From contig NC_042998.1 in assembly GCF_006345805.1 (NCBI RefSeq), positions 134,912,001 through 134,976,000 on the forward strand: DNA of 64,000 nt, written 5' to 3'. Source of the stretch: Octopus sinensis. Taxonomy: Eukaryota. The notes beneath the pieces were generated by a model, which was not told where the DNA came from, did no database searches, and saw only the letters and a program-made list of their open reading frames with translations. The position numbers and the translations under genes were made by a program. Positions 50,078 through 64,000 of this stretch are shown piece by piece (the first letter of the stretch is position 1; each line of letters opens with the position of its first letter).

Positions 50078-50202
50078 TTATGCACAACATAATGTAAGCC
50101 AAAAGATCTGGAATAAATTGAAATATTATAAAGCTTTACTGTGGGTTAAATAACAATGTAATTTACATGGAAAAATGCAAGCATGAAAAGTAATACTCTT
50201 AA

Positions 50203-50641
50203 GATTATAAACCTGGAAAAGAACAGGACAAGTTATTACACTTGTAAAAGTATAGGACATGCTGTTACTTCTTGTAAAGTAAAGAATAAGAAACTTTTTA
50301 CTTAAAATATTGCAGCAAAGAATGCCAGTTCTTCTAATTTATCACTCTTTACAGTTCTCATCTTTTAAATTTATTGTACAAACCTGTTCAGCTAATTTGT
50401 AAGTTTGTCTAATTAGTCACTTTTTTCTGTATTTAAGGTAGTAAATAAGCCAAATTCTACTTAAATAAGCATAGTGTTATTTGTAAACTATAATAAAATA
50501 AGTTTTAATATTCAAATTTTAATTTTAGCTGCAATATTTTAAGTAAAAGGTTTCTTATTCTTTACTTTACTAGAAGTAATAGCTTGTCCTATACTTTTAC
50601 AGGTGTAATAACTTGTCCTGTACTTTTCCAGGTTTATAATC
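50203..50641. mobile_element. MITE with ~113-bp terminal inverted repeats
   Basis: GATTATAAACCTGGAAAAG...AAATATTGCAGC matches the inverse of the right end; TTAA at 50199-50202 and 50644-50647. Confidence 0.8.
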
Positions 50642-51277
50642 ATTTAAGCCTAAGAAAAGTATACTTTTAATTTAAAATTTAAAAATTTATGTTAGTTGAA
50701 GATGAATATCTGCCTTACTGCCCACTTGAGGTTTGACATATTTTGATGTAACTTTTTTTCTACTGAACCAAATCTCAAACTATTTAGCCAAAGTGTAGCT
50801 GAGGAGGTGTCCTCTGTAAAACTATTAACAGTGTGCAATTTAGTTGAGAACTGAATTAGTGGTAAAGCTTGGAAGTTGTTGTAATTGATGAAATGGTGGA
50901 CTTAAGAATATATATGTTCTTTGTATACTTTTGTTGCTTTGGAAAAAAGAGTGAGTCAGTCTCCTGAATGACTGTCACTTGGTCTGTTGACTGCTCTGAA
51001 GAGAAGATATATCCATCTTCCCTTAATCAATAGCTTAGATCAGCTGCTGCACGAAGTAGTCATGAATGAAACTAACACCATGGTGGATAACCCGATTTGC
51101 ATAGTTGTGCTTTTGCAAGCTCGTCATTAAACAATAACTATCAATGCATTGCACACTGTACATCAGAACTGAAATAAATTTAAATATTATTAGTTTCTAA
51201 CTGTACATCCAAACAAGAAGAGTCAATGAATCTACAACCATATTTCAATTCACTGTTGAAGCTATTTACTAAATTAG

Positions 51278-51350
<73 letters not shown>

Positions 51351-51551
51351 TCTCTGTCTGTCTGTCTGTCCGTCCATCTGTCCTCGACATGTATACATCA
51401 AAGGCAATTAGCTTAGCTGGTGTGGAACTTTCACTATGTCTGAATTTCTAGGGACACTGATAGGTCTTTCCTGCAAGTTAAGCTACAATACTTTCACTAT
51501 GTTTGTTTTTCATGGAAATTCTATTAGGCCATTTAGATGATTACTAAGAAA

Positions 51552-51666
<115 letters not shown>

Positions 51667-53101
51667 AATCATCATCATCATCATCATAACATCCACTTTT
51701 CCATGCTTGCACAGGTTGGACAGGAGTTATTGCGGTAGGTTTTCTATAGCCTGATTGCTTTTCTTGTCATTTACCCTCAACCCTGATTCCAAGCAAGATA
51801 ATATTTCCCCATGACCAGACATGCTTTCTCTGTATATAGGAAATGAATGACAATGCTTATATAACATGAAATGTCAAAATAAGGAAACACAAGTATACAC
51901 ATGCACACACATACACAAACACTCACATGGATCTCTATATCTATCAAGCTATATACATTGGGCTTCCTTCAGTTTCCATTTACCAAATCCGTTTTCAAGG
52001 TTTTGGTTAACCTGGGGCTGTAGTTAAGAGGCACTTTCCCAAGATTCCACACAGCTACACCTGTACCTCTCTACTATCTGTCTGACAGAGTGAGAGAGAT
52101 TTGAATGTATATTTTATTATTTATTGAATGGTTAAAGAGAAATACAATTTTTGTTCAAATGATTCCATTCTATATAGTTTGCTGCCAGTGAAAAGCTGAA
52201 TTTGTTATCACCTTTGCATTTGACACAGATACCCACTAGATGCACTCTAAATAAAACCTTGCACTGCAAATAACCTTTTGTAAAATATGAACATCACAAC
52301 TTCTCATTAAGTATTGATTATATTTTTACATTAGTGCATAGGTTCAATTTTATAGGTGAGGTGTATGAATTTTTTTTTTCTCAAAGACATCAATAAATCA
52401 AGACCAGGTCAAGGATTCACTTTGCTGACATTTTAACTTTACTCAGTACTGATAAGATAACAGCTTCACGAGAACTAACAAAAGAGCCTCTAGCACAACC
52501 TGCTAGAAATAGCAACTAAATCTCCCTCAAATCACACCTTAAGGCTAATAATCAAGCAGTAATAATCTTACCATCTATTGAAATTTTCTGCAGTTATGAT
52601 GAATCTTCTCTTGGCTTCAATGAAGAGCATTCAAATATTTGATCTGTTGAATTTCTTTTCATTAACCCTTTAGCATGTAAATGGGCCATATCTAGCCAAA
52701 ACATTCTGTTTGATTTACATTCAAACCAGCCAGATCCAAAGTCTCACACCTACCCTACAATGTTATTCTAAAATCAAACACTCACATGATTGAAATTCTG
52801 AGGTTACAAATGTTTGATTAATTCAAAACAATGTGAATAAATATGCATTACATTTGAGCAAGTAATCCGAATACTAAAGGGTTTAAATAAGAAAAGTAGA
52901 GGGAGAGAGGAAGAAAGAGGGAAAGAGAGAGACCAATAAGCAGTGCACTTCATATGTGAGGTTCCAATGAAGCTATAAAGTGTTATTCAGGCACTCAACT
53001 ATGAGTGCACTGCATGTCATAGCAGAAACAGCTGTAAGCCAATGAAGTTCATAAGGTAACTATTTATTCCTTTGTCATTTCTCTTTCTTATACACACACA
53101 T

Positions 53102-53145
<44 letters not shown>

Positions 53146-53853
53146 TGTAGGTATGGTCACATCCAAGATGTGTCCTCTTGAAGCATATCTGCTTATTCTA
53201 GTATTACAATCCAATACGTAGATGTTGTCATCGTTGCATTGACGTAAGGCAGTTATTAAAGTTGAAAATTCTAAAAATATTTTATGCAGAGTTATTATAT
53301 AAACAAAAAAAAAAAACAACAGAAAATAAGGTGGAAAATGTTGAAAGTATTATTTATTCATCATTAAACATGCTTTATTTGCTAATAGGAATTGCGAAAT
53401 TTTACACACACAAGCACACATATGCACATGCACACACAAGTACACACACACACCTATGCGTACATTTACAAAAAACATATACATTTATTTACACACACAA
53501 ATACATATCTAAACATACACTCGTACATAGGTTCATACACATAATGCATTTACATATGTCACCACACACTGATATATAGTCAACATAGTTTTATGACAAC
53601 TATAGAGACAAAAAAGTTACAAAGCTATATATATAAAATATGTAAATAAAACAATAAAACACAATTTTATTGGAGAAAAGAAAGAAAAAGAAAAAACAAG
53701 AAAAGAAGTAGATATATAAGTATATCTAGTCACACACTTTTAACAAAAAAAAAAGAAACAAAAAATAATAAAACCATAATAGCATTTATAAATCTGTATG
53801 TATGGACATTCATACATACACACACATATAAATATATATACACATACTTTTTA

Positions 53854-54462
53854 TCTCTTATTATAAAAGGCAGATTTTATCTGCCTCCCAAACCGTTTGT
53901 TTATTATACAAATCTACAATATAGAATTTCTTCAATTAGAATTTACCTATCATTTTTATGAGTAGAATACGTTGGGTTGTGGCAGGTACAGTTTTTCCAA
54001 TTTCACCTCCAATTAAGCAAAAATTCGAGAAAACTCAATATTTTTAGATTTCCCTCTTTCATTTAAACTGCTTCACTCCTACCATTACCACCAAACTTTC
54101 TGCTACTTTCTCTTTGCAACTCTGCAATCATGCTATCACCCTAATTTCTCCTACTTTCTTTTTGCAAGTGTACCTTAAACCACTACTCAAAAAAAAATAC
54201 ACAGCAAACAGAAACAAATAAATACATAACGATTTACTCCTCACACAATTTCTTCAATTAGAGTTTACCTATGATTTTTCCAAGTACTTCCATTCGGTCA
54301 TGGCATACAAAATTTCTTTCAATTTGACCCCCCAATTAAGAAAAAATTCGAGAAAACTCAATATTTTACCATTTCACTCTTTCACTTCAAAGCCTTTACT
54401 CTGCCTATTACTCCCACTTCCTCTTTACACACATAGACACGCAAAAATAAAATTGTAAGCTT

Positions 54463-54497
<35 letters not shown>

Positions 54498-54508
54498 TGT
54501 GTGTGTGT

Positions 54509-54541
<33 letters not shown>

Positions 54542-55126
54542 TGTGTGTGTGTCAGTGTGTGTGTGTGTGTGTGTGTGTGAGACAGTGATGAGCCATTCAG
54601 ACTGCTCATCCTTTTTGCTAGAAGAAGATCCCCTATAGTCTTATATGCTACACTACTGGTTTTCAATTCATATTAATCAAATTAATATTCAATTTTTCAC
54701 CCTTATTATGTGTGTGTGTGTATTAGCAATTCGTATACAATTGCATCAATGACTTGAACTTGAATAAGTGGTTTCACATAAATGGGGATATATTAAACAG
54801 GTTTGTTGTTATTATTATTACTGTTTGACTATTGTAATCACGTTTGTTGGTTCCTCACCAAGGAAACGTTGTTGTGTTGCATTTGTTAAATAATTGTAAA
54901 CCGTAACCCTCCCCATTTCGGAGAAGGGGCTTTGGTTATTGTTTAAAAATTGAATTGTGTCCCTGTTTGGGGAAATTGACAATATTTCACCGTCTTTACG
55001 GAAGCATTTTTGTTAAAATGCCTTCGATAGAAGAAACTCCAAAAATTCTATATAGATGTACATGTTATGTGTACACATATATATATACACATATATACAT
55101 GCAGAATATATCTACCCATACACACG

Positions 55127-55160
<34 letters not shown>

Positions 55161-56473
55161 TAGGGGCAGGTGTGGCTGTGTGATAACAAACTACGTTCGA
55201 AGATACTGTACTTGATATGGGCGGTAGTGCCTTGCCGGTCTATGGCCTACCTTTAACAAACCAGGAAGGCACAAACACTCTGTCTTCACATTTGCTGCGT
55301 GAGACATGTTTTAATGTTGATGAGCTTGCCGAGTACATAGCCGACAATGAGCCAAAGCTCCTTCCAGAACACAAGTTCGCTTACAACTCCGTTGTTAATT
55401 CAGTCCGGGCCAAAACTGGGAGGATTTTTTTCCTGGACGCTCCTGGGGGCACTGGGAAAACTTTTGTCAACAAATTAATATTGGCTGAGATTAGGCGAAC
55501 ACAAGGCATTGCCCTAGCTGTGGAATCATCTAGAATTGCGGCTACTTTGTTGTCAGGCGGCAGGACAGCTCACTCCACTTTCAAGCTTCCGCTTCACTTA
55601 GCGAAGACTGAGACACCAACTTGCAACATCAGTAACAGCTCCGATCAGGCAGAAGTCTTCAGACGATGCAAGCTTATCGTTTGGGATGAATGCATGATGG
55701 CCCACAGACATGCTCTTGAGGCACTAGATCTCTCAGAGACATCAAACACTCTTCAGCTGCCATGGGAGGCATAACACTTCTTCTTTCAGGGGACTTCCGA
55801 CAAACACTTCCCGTTATTCCCAAAGGGACTACAGCTGATGCAGTAAGTGCCTGTCTTAAGTCATCCACATTATGGCCACTGGTGAAGACTCTCAACTTCA
55901 CACCAATATGCGTGCTCATATGTGACTTAATATCACATCAGCAGCATTTCCTCACACCCTCCTTGCACTTGGCGAAGGCAAAATACCAGGGGATGGAAAT
56001 GGTATTATTGCCATCGATTCCATTTATACCATTGTTAAAACGCCTTCTGATCTCAGAGATGCAGTGTTCCCAGATCTACAAGCTAATTATCAGAGTATGG
56101 ATTGGATTGGCCAAAGGGCTATTCTGGCCCCGAGGAATAAAACTGTTCACCATATTAATGATGAAATGCTAAAACTCATTCCTGGGGAAGTCTATGTATA
56201 TAAGTTTATTGATCCAATAGAGGTACTCAATTCCTTTGAGCACCCCCGGACTACCACCACACATTCTCAAACTTAAAGTTGGTGCCCCTATAATGCTCAT
56301 CAGAAATTTGGTTCCCCCAAAACAATGCAATGGTACACGTTTGATCAATAAGTCCTTATCTCCCAAAGTAAACTTATATCAGTATTTGCCTGAATAATCA
56401 TCATAATTCAGTGCAATCATTAACAGTACTTTCAAGCAATTCAGCCCCGAGCATCGCCGGGCAATTCTGCTAG
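53854..56473 (+). mobile_element. Helitron deletion derivative with both termini
   Basis: A|TC at 53853-53855; hairpin CCCG-AGCATCGC-CGGG at 56446-56461; CTAG|T at 56470-56474; internal PIF1 helicase relic. Confidence 0.75.
55217..56366 (+). pseudogene. PIF1-family (Helitron RepHel) helicase relic
   Basis: DAPGGTGKTF (Walker A), IVWDEC (Walker B), GDFRQTLPV, AILAPRN and LKVGAPIMLIRNL..CNGTRL across frameshifts; no Rep domain seen. Confidence 0.9.
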
Positions 56474-57252
56474 TTGTACATAAACTGCAACATAGGTATT
56501 TAGTCCTTTAGCATTTAAATCGGCCACATTTGGCCCATATATTCTACAGGTTTTATGTTCAAACTGGCTAGATCCTACTTTTCATACTTATCCTACAATG
56601 TCATTCTAAAAATATACAATCATATCATTGAAATCTCTAAGCTGTAAGATAATGCATGAGAATTCAAAATAATGTGAATAAATAAACATCACATTTGAGG
56701 AAAAAATAATTTAAGTGCTAAAGAGTTAGTTTAGAGGCATGTGCATATATATAAACACACTGAAGAGACATACTCAAAGATCATAATTGTTTTGTTTTCA
56801 TAACCAAACAATATTTTTTAGAAATACTATAAACTAAATTGTATTTAGTAAGTGAGGATGTAATTTACAAAGATTGGTGTTTGATTAAACATAACTAAAA
56901 TGTATAAACATTTACACACAAAAAAATGTTTAGTTATATAGATTTATGCTATATATTATACTCACATATTTATATACACAAGAAAATATATACCCACATA
57001 TGCATTCATTTCATTTTATTTTATCATGTATGTGCATTTATGAAAATAAACAATGGTATTTTCAGTTATAGTGTGCATGCATGAACATAAAGTTAGATGG
57101 TGCACATACATATACACACAGAGAGAGGATACACATACTACACACATACATATATACATACATACACACCACATGCACATGCACACAAATACACATATGT
57201 ACATGTACTTATTCACACACAATTTTAGATATGATTTGTTGAGATTCCTGTT

Positions 57253-57336
57253 CATCCTGATGAGGGGGTCATTGCTGAGATGCAATTTAACTCGTAATTG
57301 AACTGCGACAGTGTACTTCCGAAATGGCTATAGATG
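57253..57336 (+). ncRNA. Type I hammerhead ribozyme
   Basis: CAUC/GAUG stem I, CUGAUGA (57257-57263), GGGGGU/ACUUCC stem II base, GAAA (57321-57324), A-U-GGCU-A-U stem III, AUA triplet (A at 57332). Confidence 0.65.
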
Positions 57337-57836
57337 TGTTTGACTTGATTGTGTGGAACTCTCTTATGCTTCTGAACTCCAACCTACCTTGGTTTTTATG
57401 AAATGAACTTTTTTGACATATTTTTATTTGAGGGGAGTAAGAAAATTTTTTTAGTCGATTGATATTTTATTTTATTTAGATTTTTAGTCGCATGACACAT
57501 TTTAGAAATTTTAATTGATTGTATATACCTTCTTGATAAGTCGTTCTATATATTTGTATTTTTATTTGCATATATATTTTTTACCTTCTGTGTTTTTTAT
57601 ATATGTATTCTTTATATGTTGAAGGCCATGGTAATATTTAAATATGACCAAATGTATGGAAGTGTGGTGTTATATAAAGTCAATGACTCGAATTTGATGT
57701 TTGTTCTCTAATCAATGCTTTTTATCTCTGTCTCAATTACAGAATTCTTTTATCTCTGTCTCAATTATAAGACTTCTTTTTTGCAGTCTTATAAACCCTT
57801 TGGTCTCCATAAAAAGAGGCACAAATCATTTCTTGT

Positions 57837-57881
<45 letters not shown>

Positions 57882-58037
57882 AAAGAATATGAGGAGTTTA
57901 GTTCACTGGTGGTCTAAATGAATAGGTATGCTGTGTAAGTGCTATAATCGGTCATCCATTAGGTTCCAAGTTCACTACTGAAGGTGGAGCTAGAGATCCA
58001 TAGTAGGCTTCTGAGTTAGCAGGTATATATTAGAGTA

Positions 58038-58272
58038 AAAGGACAATAAAAATCAAGGCAGGACGAATATCTCAAGTCATTTAGAGTATTCAATTAGAGT
58101 AGCTGAAATTGAAATAATTAATTAATTAATCAGTTAGTTAATTACTCCAATAATTAATACATTAACATCCAAAAATTTAACTAATTAATTAATTACTTCA
58201 ATTTCACCTACTCTAATTAAATATTCGAAATGACTTGAGATACTCATCCTGCCTTGGTTTTTGTTGTCCTTT
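58038..58272. mobile_element. Fold-back MITE with ~95-bp arms
   Basis: AAAGGACAA.AAAA.CAAGGCAGGA.GA.TATCTCAAGTCATTT... is mirrored at the right end. Confidence 0.8.
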
Positions 58273-60946
58273 ATATATGATGGGCTTTATACATATATGT
58301 CCTTAATATATATATATATGATAGGCTTCTTTAAGTTTCCAAAAACGAAATCCACTCTCAAGAGTTTGATTGGCCTGAGGCTTTAGTAGAAGATACTTGC
58401 ATAAGGTGCCATGCAGTGGGATTGAACTCAAAACAATGTGGTCGGTAAGGAAGCTTTTTACTGCACAGCTATGCCTGTGCCTGTGATAAGAAATACTTAC
58501 CCAAGGTGCCATGATATAATGGGATCAAACCTGAGACCTTGCGATTACATAGGAAGCTGCTTAGCTATTTGCTTGTGCCTGCATTCAATGCAATATTTCA
58601 TTTCTGTCATTGATCACTGACTTTTTTTTTTATTTTACATTTCTGTCACAGATGTAATTGATAGCTATTGTTATTATTTTCCTGGGAATTGTATTATCAT
58701 TATGTGACATACTCATTACTCATATATCTGTGAGCGCTTGTGTGTGTATCTGTGTGTGATAGCTTCTTGGGTCAAGATTGAAATATTAGTTGCTTCCAGG
58801 TTGTTGTCCAGTGTGATAAGGAGAAAGATGAACTAACTTATACAAATTGGTTAAGAGATAGATAGATAGAGAGAGGGGGGGGGGCAGATTTAAGTAGTAT
58901 CGTGATTTACGTGTCAGTAGAGATATGTCATCAAAACTGCTGCAGATTTGGATATGGATTGATCCGCACTTTACATCCGCCGGAGTTTGGTAAAAATAGA
59001 TGACAGCAAGAATTGTAAAGTGGTAAATGTGGTTGGGGTTGTAGATCAAATACTGTTTAATTTTGTCTTTCTGAGTCTAAATTCTATCGGGGTGGCAGAA
59101 TGACTGCTTTTTTCCTTGAGATCAATAAAAGAAGTACCAGTCATATTCTGGGGCCAGTTCAATCAACCACACTCCTTGTGCCAGTTGAACAAATCAGTAA
59201 TTGATGCTTCAATTTTCCTATAAGCTATGCATGTGAGAATATGTGCACAATCTTACTTCTGGAGAAACATTTGGTTTATTAGCAAGACTATCAACAACCT
59301 ACTGGAAAGCAATAGATATGGCAAGCTTATTTGTTGATGCTATCTAAAATACACCTCATGGAATTCTTTAGCTGACATCAGAATGTTAACTCTTCTTATA
59401 CGAGTGCCAGTGTTTTATAGAATGTTCACATTATTTGTAACACTGTATGTACACATTACCTATGTGTAGCATTTGATGTTGTTGTTTTTTATAGCTGCCT
59501 TGATTTAGATAGATATAAAAGATTGCTTTAGCAACCAATGTAAATAAAAAGTTGTGCTATGACAATATCTTTAGAGTGTATTTGTCTTCTATAACATCCT
59601 CCTCACCTGCTCCTTGACTATGTATCTCAATTATTATTTCATAAGACAGGTTTGAAATACTTTATTTCAGATCAATATACAACATGGCCCTCAGCTAATA
59701 AGATGCACAGTATGATGAGAAAGTAAAAGATCTCTGGGTCATGCCTGCTCATTCAACTATATACCACTGACCTGCTTAATCAGTTCTGATCTGGTGCATG
59801 TATTACTACATAGAATTGATTGTTGATCTTGTTGAGTCTCAGGCCTGACTTGATCGACCAGACATGTAATCAAAGATGTTCCAATCATGACCATCTCTTT
59901 TGATCTTTAGGCATACACTATACCTAAAGCCTTCAGTCTTCCTCATATGGGACAATCTCTCTGTAGTTGATGGCATGACAAAATACACATAAGACATGTA
60001 CCACACCAAAGTTTTCTTCTTTTTTATTTTTTTGTTCCTGTATATACAAAAAGATATTGACAGACAACCCATGCAACTCATGTCATCATAAAAAAGAAAA
60101 TACACACAAGTGTGTGTGTGTGTGCATGCATGCACATGTAGGTATGGTTAAACTCTCACCGTTATACATCATTTATTTAATTACTTCCTAGTTAAGCTGC
60201 TTGAGTTCAATATATAACATCCTGCCAGATAAACTGTCAATACAGTCAAACAACTTTCAATAAATAGCAGCCATACTCTACTGTCTTAAAAACAAAAACA
60301 TTGAGCAATATGGACTACAGACTCTCTTCTACCCTGTATCAGTTCTTATTTGGAATTACTGCTCACCTAAGTGGTCCACATCTCACTTGTATGTTCTAGT
60401 TTTGGTATTGCTTCCATGATTGCATGCCCTTCCTATCCAACCACTTAATAATGTGTATTGAGTACATTTTATCATTCCCCCAAAACTAAAGAGGTTGCTT
60501 CTTGCATGGCTAGCTAAAGAGTTTCCTTCTTGCATGGCTAGCTAAAGAGTTTTTACTCAGAGTTCAGTTTTTATTCAGAGTTATTGTTTTATTAGATGGT
60601 CAACCTTTGATGTGTCTTGCAAAGTCCTTGTCTTGACCATATGTCTATTGATTTAGAGGATATCAATATTAATATTTATACTAAACTGTATTATAGATCT
60701 ATTTCAGCTGATTTTACCAATTAGTTTCACACAAAAATTAGGGGACAACCTAAGACTGCTTGTCAGAAAGACTGATATGAAAAATACTTATACCAGCCCT
60801 TTTGATGAGCACTATCTTAAGTTCTCCCTAACTTGTGGGCAAAAAATGCTTGGTAAAATCAGCTGAAATGGATCTGTAATACTGTATAATATACAAGTGC
60901 TTGTTTTTCCTAACATATGGATTCTTAGATAACTCTCTCTTTATAT

Positions 60947-61024
<78 letters not shown>

Positions 61025-61109
61025 TATACATATATTTATATGAGAAGAAAAAGAAAATGAAGATTGAGAAGTTAATAATTGTTTATTATTAACAGCAAAT
61101 TAATCATCA

Positions 61110-61184
61110 TCCCTTACAGCTGTTTCAATTAATATTGAGTAAATATTAAATTTATATGACCTGAGCATAATATCTTCAGAGGTA
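61110..61184 (-). ncRNA. Type I hammerhead-like motif (family shared with 29444-29528)
   Basis: CUGAAGA (61179-61173), GAAA (61126-61123), perfect palindrome ACAGCUGU, GUA, then AGG pairing with the upstream CCU; weak stem II. Confidence 0.5.
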
Positions 61185-63324
61185 AAAAGCTATACTCTTG
61201 GATGTTTTATGTGTTTATGGATTCATTATAATAGACTGAATAATACTGTTCATGATTTGTATTGGCTCTGGTAGGATGTGGTGGTGAAACCTGCTCTATT
61301 CTTCCACCACAACTTTCTCTCACTCTTTCTTCTTGTTTCTGTTGTACTTGTATTTCAAAGCGCCAGCCTTGTTGCTCTCTGTGTCATGCTGAATCTCCCC
61401 GAGAACTACATTAAGGGTACACATGTCTGTGGAGTGCTCAGCCACTTGCGTATTAATTTTATGAGCAGGCTGTTCCGTTGATCAGATCAACTGGAACCCT
61501 CATCATCATAACCAACAGAGTGCCACGACATATATATATATATATATATATAATATATATATAATTAATAAAAAACATGGAGAAAAAAATAACAACATAA
61601 GGATGTGGTACATGCAAAGTATTAATAATATGATATATATATATATATTTCCAATGGGCTTTTGCACTGTTTTCTAATGTTATTTATGTTGTTTAGGTAT
61701 CACCTGCTATAATAGAGACTTTAAAATATCCCTAAACTGAAGGTATTTTTTTATTTAATGACTTCAGTTTCTTTATTTTAAATATTAGGGATTAAAATGA
61801 AATATTTTAGGTTGTTTTGGTTAATAAATTATTTGATGTCCCCCATAAAGTGTGCTATCTGAGCTTTGTTATCAGCTCGTCATCATTATCACCATCATCA
61901 TACATTGACTATGAGTTGCACTTACATTGGGTACATTGATGGCCACACCACATATCCTGTTCTATCAAGTGTCCTAAGTTCATCAGCGGTCATTGTATGA
62001 TTGTCCTTCATATTATTCAAATGACATTCCATTTATGGCTCCAATGCAAATACCTAAAAGCACTATAACAAAACAAAATGCTAGAAAGGTCTAGTGATCG
62101 GTTCTTCATTACACAACTTGTTCTGTACCATTTTTTATGTCAAAACTTATCCAGTCATGCAAAGCAAAAATTATCTCTTTACAAAAAGGTATAACATTAA
62201 TCAATCAGTCATCAGATCTGAAATGCCTAATTTGTTATTCTCAAATCAAAGTCCTTAAGTTCATCAAATACGATGCACAGATCTTGGTTTTGATAATATA
62301 ATCTTTCTTGTAGCTGCATCACTGCACTTACAATCCATGATGGGAATTATCATTAATGATGTTCATAGGATATCATATGATCTTATTATTACATTTTAGT
62401 ATTAATACTGCTTCCATCACTATTAAGTATCCTTAGTTAGTGTCATGCATGTAATTACTTGCATATTTATGTCCCAATGGCTCTGAAGATGTTCTTAGTT
62501 CTTGTATAGAGGAATTGTAGTAGTAGCCCTGAATATCCATATTCTGCAGATGGAAATGTTTTTAGCTTTCATCGAATATTCCTACTTCACTGTTGTAAGA
62601 TTATCCAATGTAGTCTATCCAAAGTCATAACACAAGATAATATTTTAGGTATCATGAAATCATAGTTACTGCTAATATTGGACATCTGGATTGAAATACA
62701 TCTTATTCACCATGAACATCATTATAAATCTGTAATACATTTAATTATCTCTCCAGAGTTATCTTCCTCTATTTATCATAGATGTGTTGGTGTTGTTGTT
62801 GCTTAGCTTTAGGTCAGCAAACCTATGCTCAAATGTAGTCCAACATTGACAATCCTATTTATAACCAGTGTATCTAGAAACACATAATCCAGTATATCCT
62901 CCTCTTGTTAGGATCTTCAGGAAGCACTTTGAGAATGATTTGGTTACTGTTTGTAGCAGATAGAGTGATTATGCAGAGGTCCCCTCACTGATTTTTCCAT
63001 GTGTTGGAAGTTAGGAAGTTGATTCTATATAATAAAGATAAGTTTCTGGCTAGTGGGTTTAAGAATCTGAGTTCAATCCCAGTTGTAGCCACATCACTTC
63101 ACTTGAAGTGCTAACACCTTGAGAAAGACATAAGCTATTCATCTCCTTACAACCAGTGTACATGGGTACAAATTCCCAACTCAATGCTTGTGAGTCTTGA
63201 GCAGGGGCTTTTGTTGGGTAGCACTTTAAAATAATTATTTCTTACATTGTTACAAAGCAACATGTTTTGATGTATTCACGACAAATTGTTTCATAACTTA
63301 AAAACATGTAAATAATTTATGTTA

Positions 63325-63575
63325 TCTCTCTCTATATAAACGGCAGTTTGTCTGTGTGTGTTTCTGTGTGTCTGTTTGGTTGTACCCCCACTCTGACCAC
63401 GGCTTTCAACCGATTCTGTGAAACTTGACACACACATAACCCAATGTCATAATTCAAAACTAACGCAGCGAAAATTTTGAAAAGTTCCCCCAGTTCTGAA
63501 AAAAATTGATAAATTTGACATGGGGTCGAGAATCAGAAACACAAACCACAGACTGTCTAGGGGACGCAACTCGGC
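63325..63575 (+). mobile_element. Probable 5' part of another non-autonomous Helitron
   Basis: A|TCTCTCTCTATATAAA start followed by a GT-rich segment, the same layout as the other Helitron 5' ends here; no 3' end found. Confidence 0.4.
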
Positions 63576-63838
63576 GTCATTTTTGACAGCACGAGTTCAG
63601 CTACTGTTTAAATAATGAATAACAAACCGCAACTTGACACATCTGTAAAGTATTTGATAACGAATGATGTGTGTGTGTGTGTGTGTTTGTGTGTGTTGAC
63701 CAGAAAATACAGCGTCCTTGCTACCATATTTCGTAACGAGTGACGTGTTGAGCGAAAATATAACGTCTTTGCTTACTTTGTAACGAATGACATTTTTAAC
63801 GCAAATAACGTTTCTTGACTTTCATATTTTTAAGAAAA

Positions 63839-64000
63839 TCTTTATATATAAAAGACAAGTTGTGTGTCTGTCTCCTACGATTTAGATTCCTAACTACTCC
63901 CACATTTTGCGGTGCAGTTTAACCAAAACAGGGTATCTTATAGTCGTGATTCATATCGATCCCTTCTGGGTATTAGCGCGCGTCTACGATGAGTCTACGA
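63839..64000 (+). mobile_element. 5' end of a non-autonomous Helitron (family of 14064-14461), cut by the window edge
   Basis: Near-identical inverse of 14300-14461; starts A|TC. Confidence 0.85.

Noticed and set aside
50996-51030. CUGAAGA followed by a GAAGAT/ATCTTC hairpin
   Set aside because: GAAA and stem III are missing.
58890-59050. GC-richer segment that might be a host exon
   Set aside because: Weak splice signals, stops in most frames and no recognisable peptide.

Overview
Eukaryotic, AT-rich, microsatellite-dense DNA. The repeat content points to a coleoid cephalopod, probably an octopus (inference; no database check was possible). The window is almost entirely mobile DNA: CR1-type, RTE, RLE (HERO-like), Tx1/L1-like and Penelope-like (PLE) retroelements, tRNA-derived SINEs, mariner/Tigger elements, MITEs and Helitrons. 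No multi-exon host gene could be supported. The only intact ORF not clearly belonging to a transposon is an intronless OTU-family cysteine protease (6633-7334). Highlights: (1) a full-length ~4.6 kb CR1-type LINE (16498-21135, minus) whose ORF1 combines an N-terminal Myb/SANT-like domain, a polyQ tract and two CCCH fingers; it and related copies sit in (TA)n tracts; (2) eight hand-folded type I hammerhead ribozyme motifs from several PLE-like repeat families, including one in the tail of a head-to-head palindromic tRNA-SINE and one 54 nt upstream of the full-length LINE; (3) a 3' tail shared between a LINE and the dominant SINE, with a CATGGCC motif in three LINE families; (4) many fold-back elements. 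All domain and RNA-structure calls come from manual motif reading and need computational confirmation.
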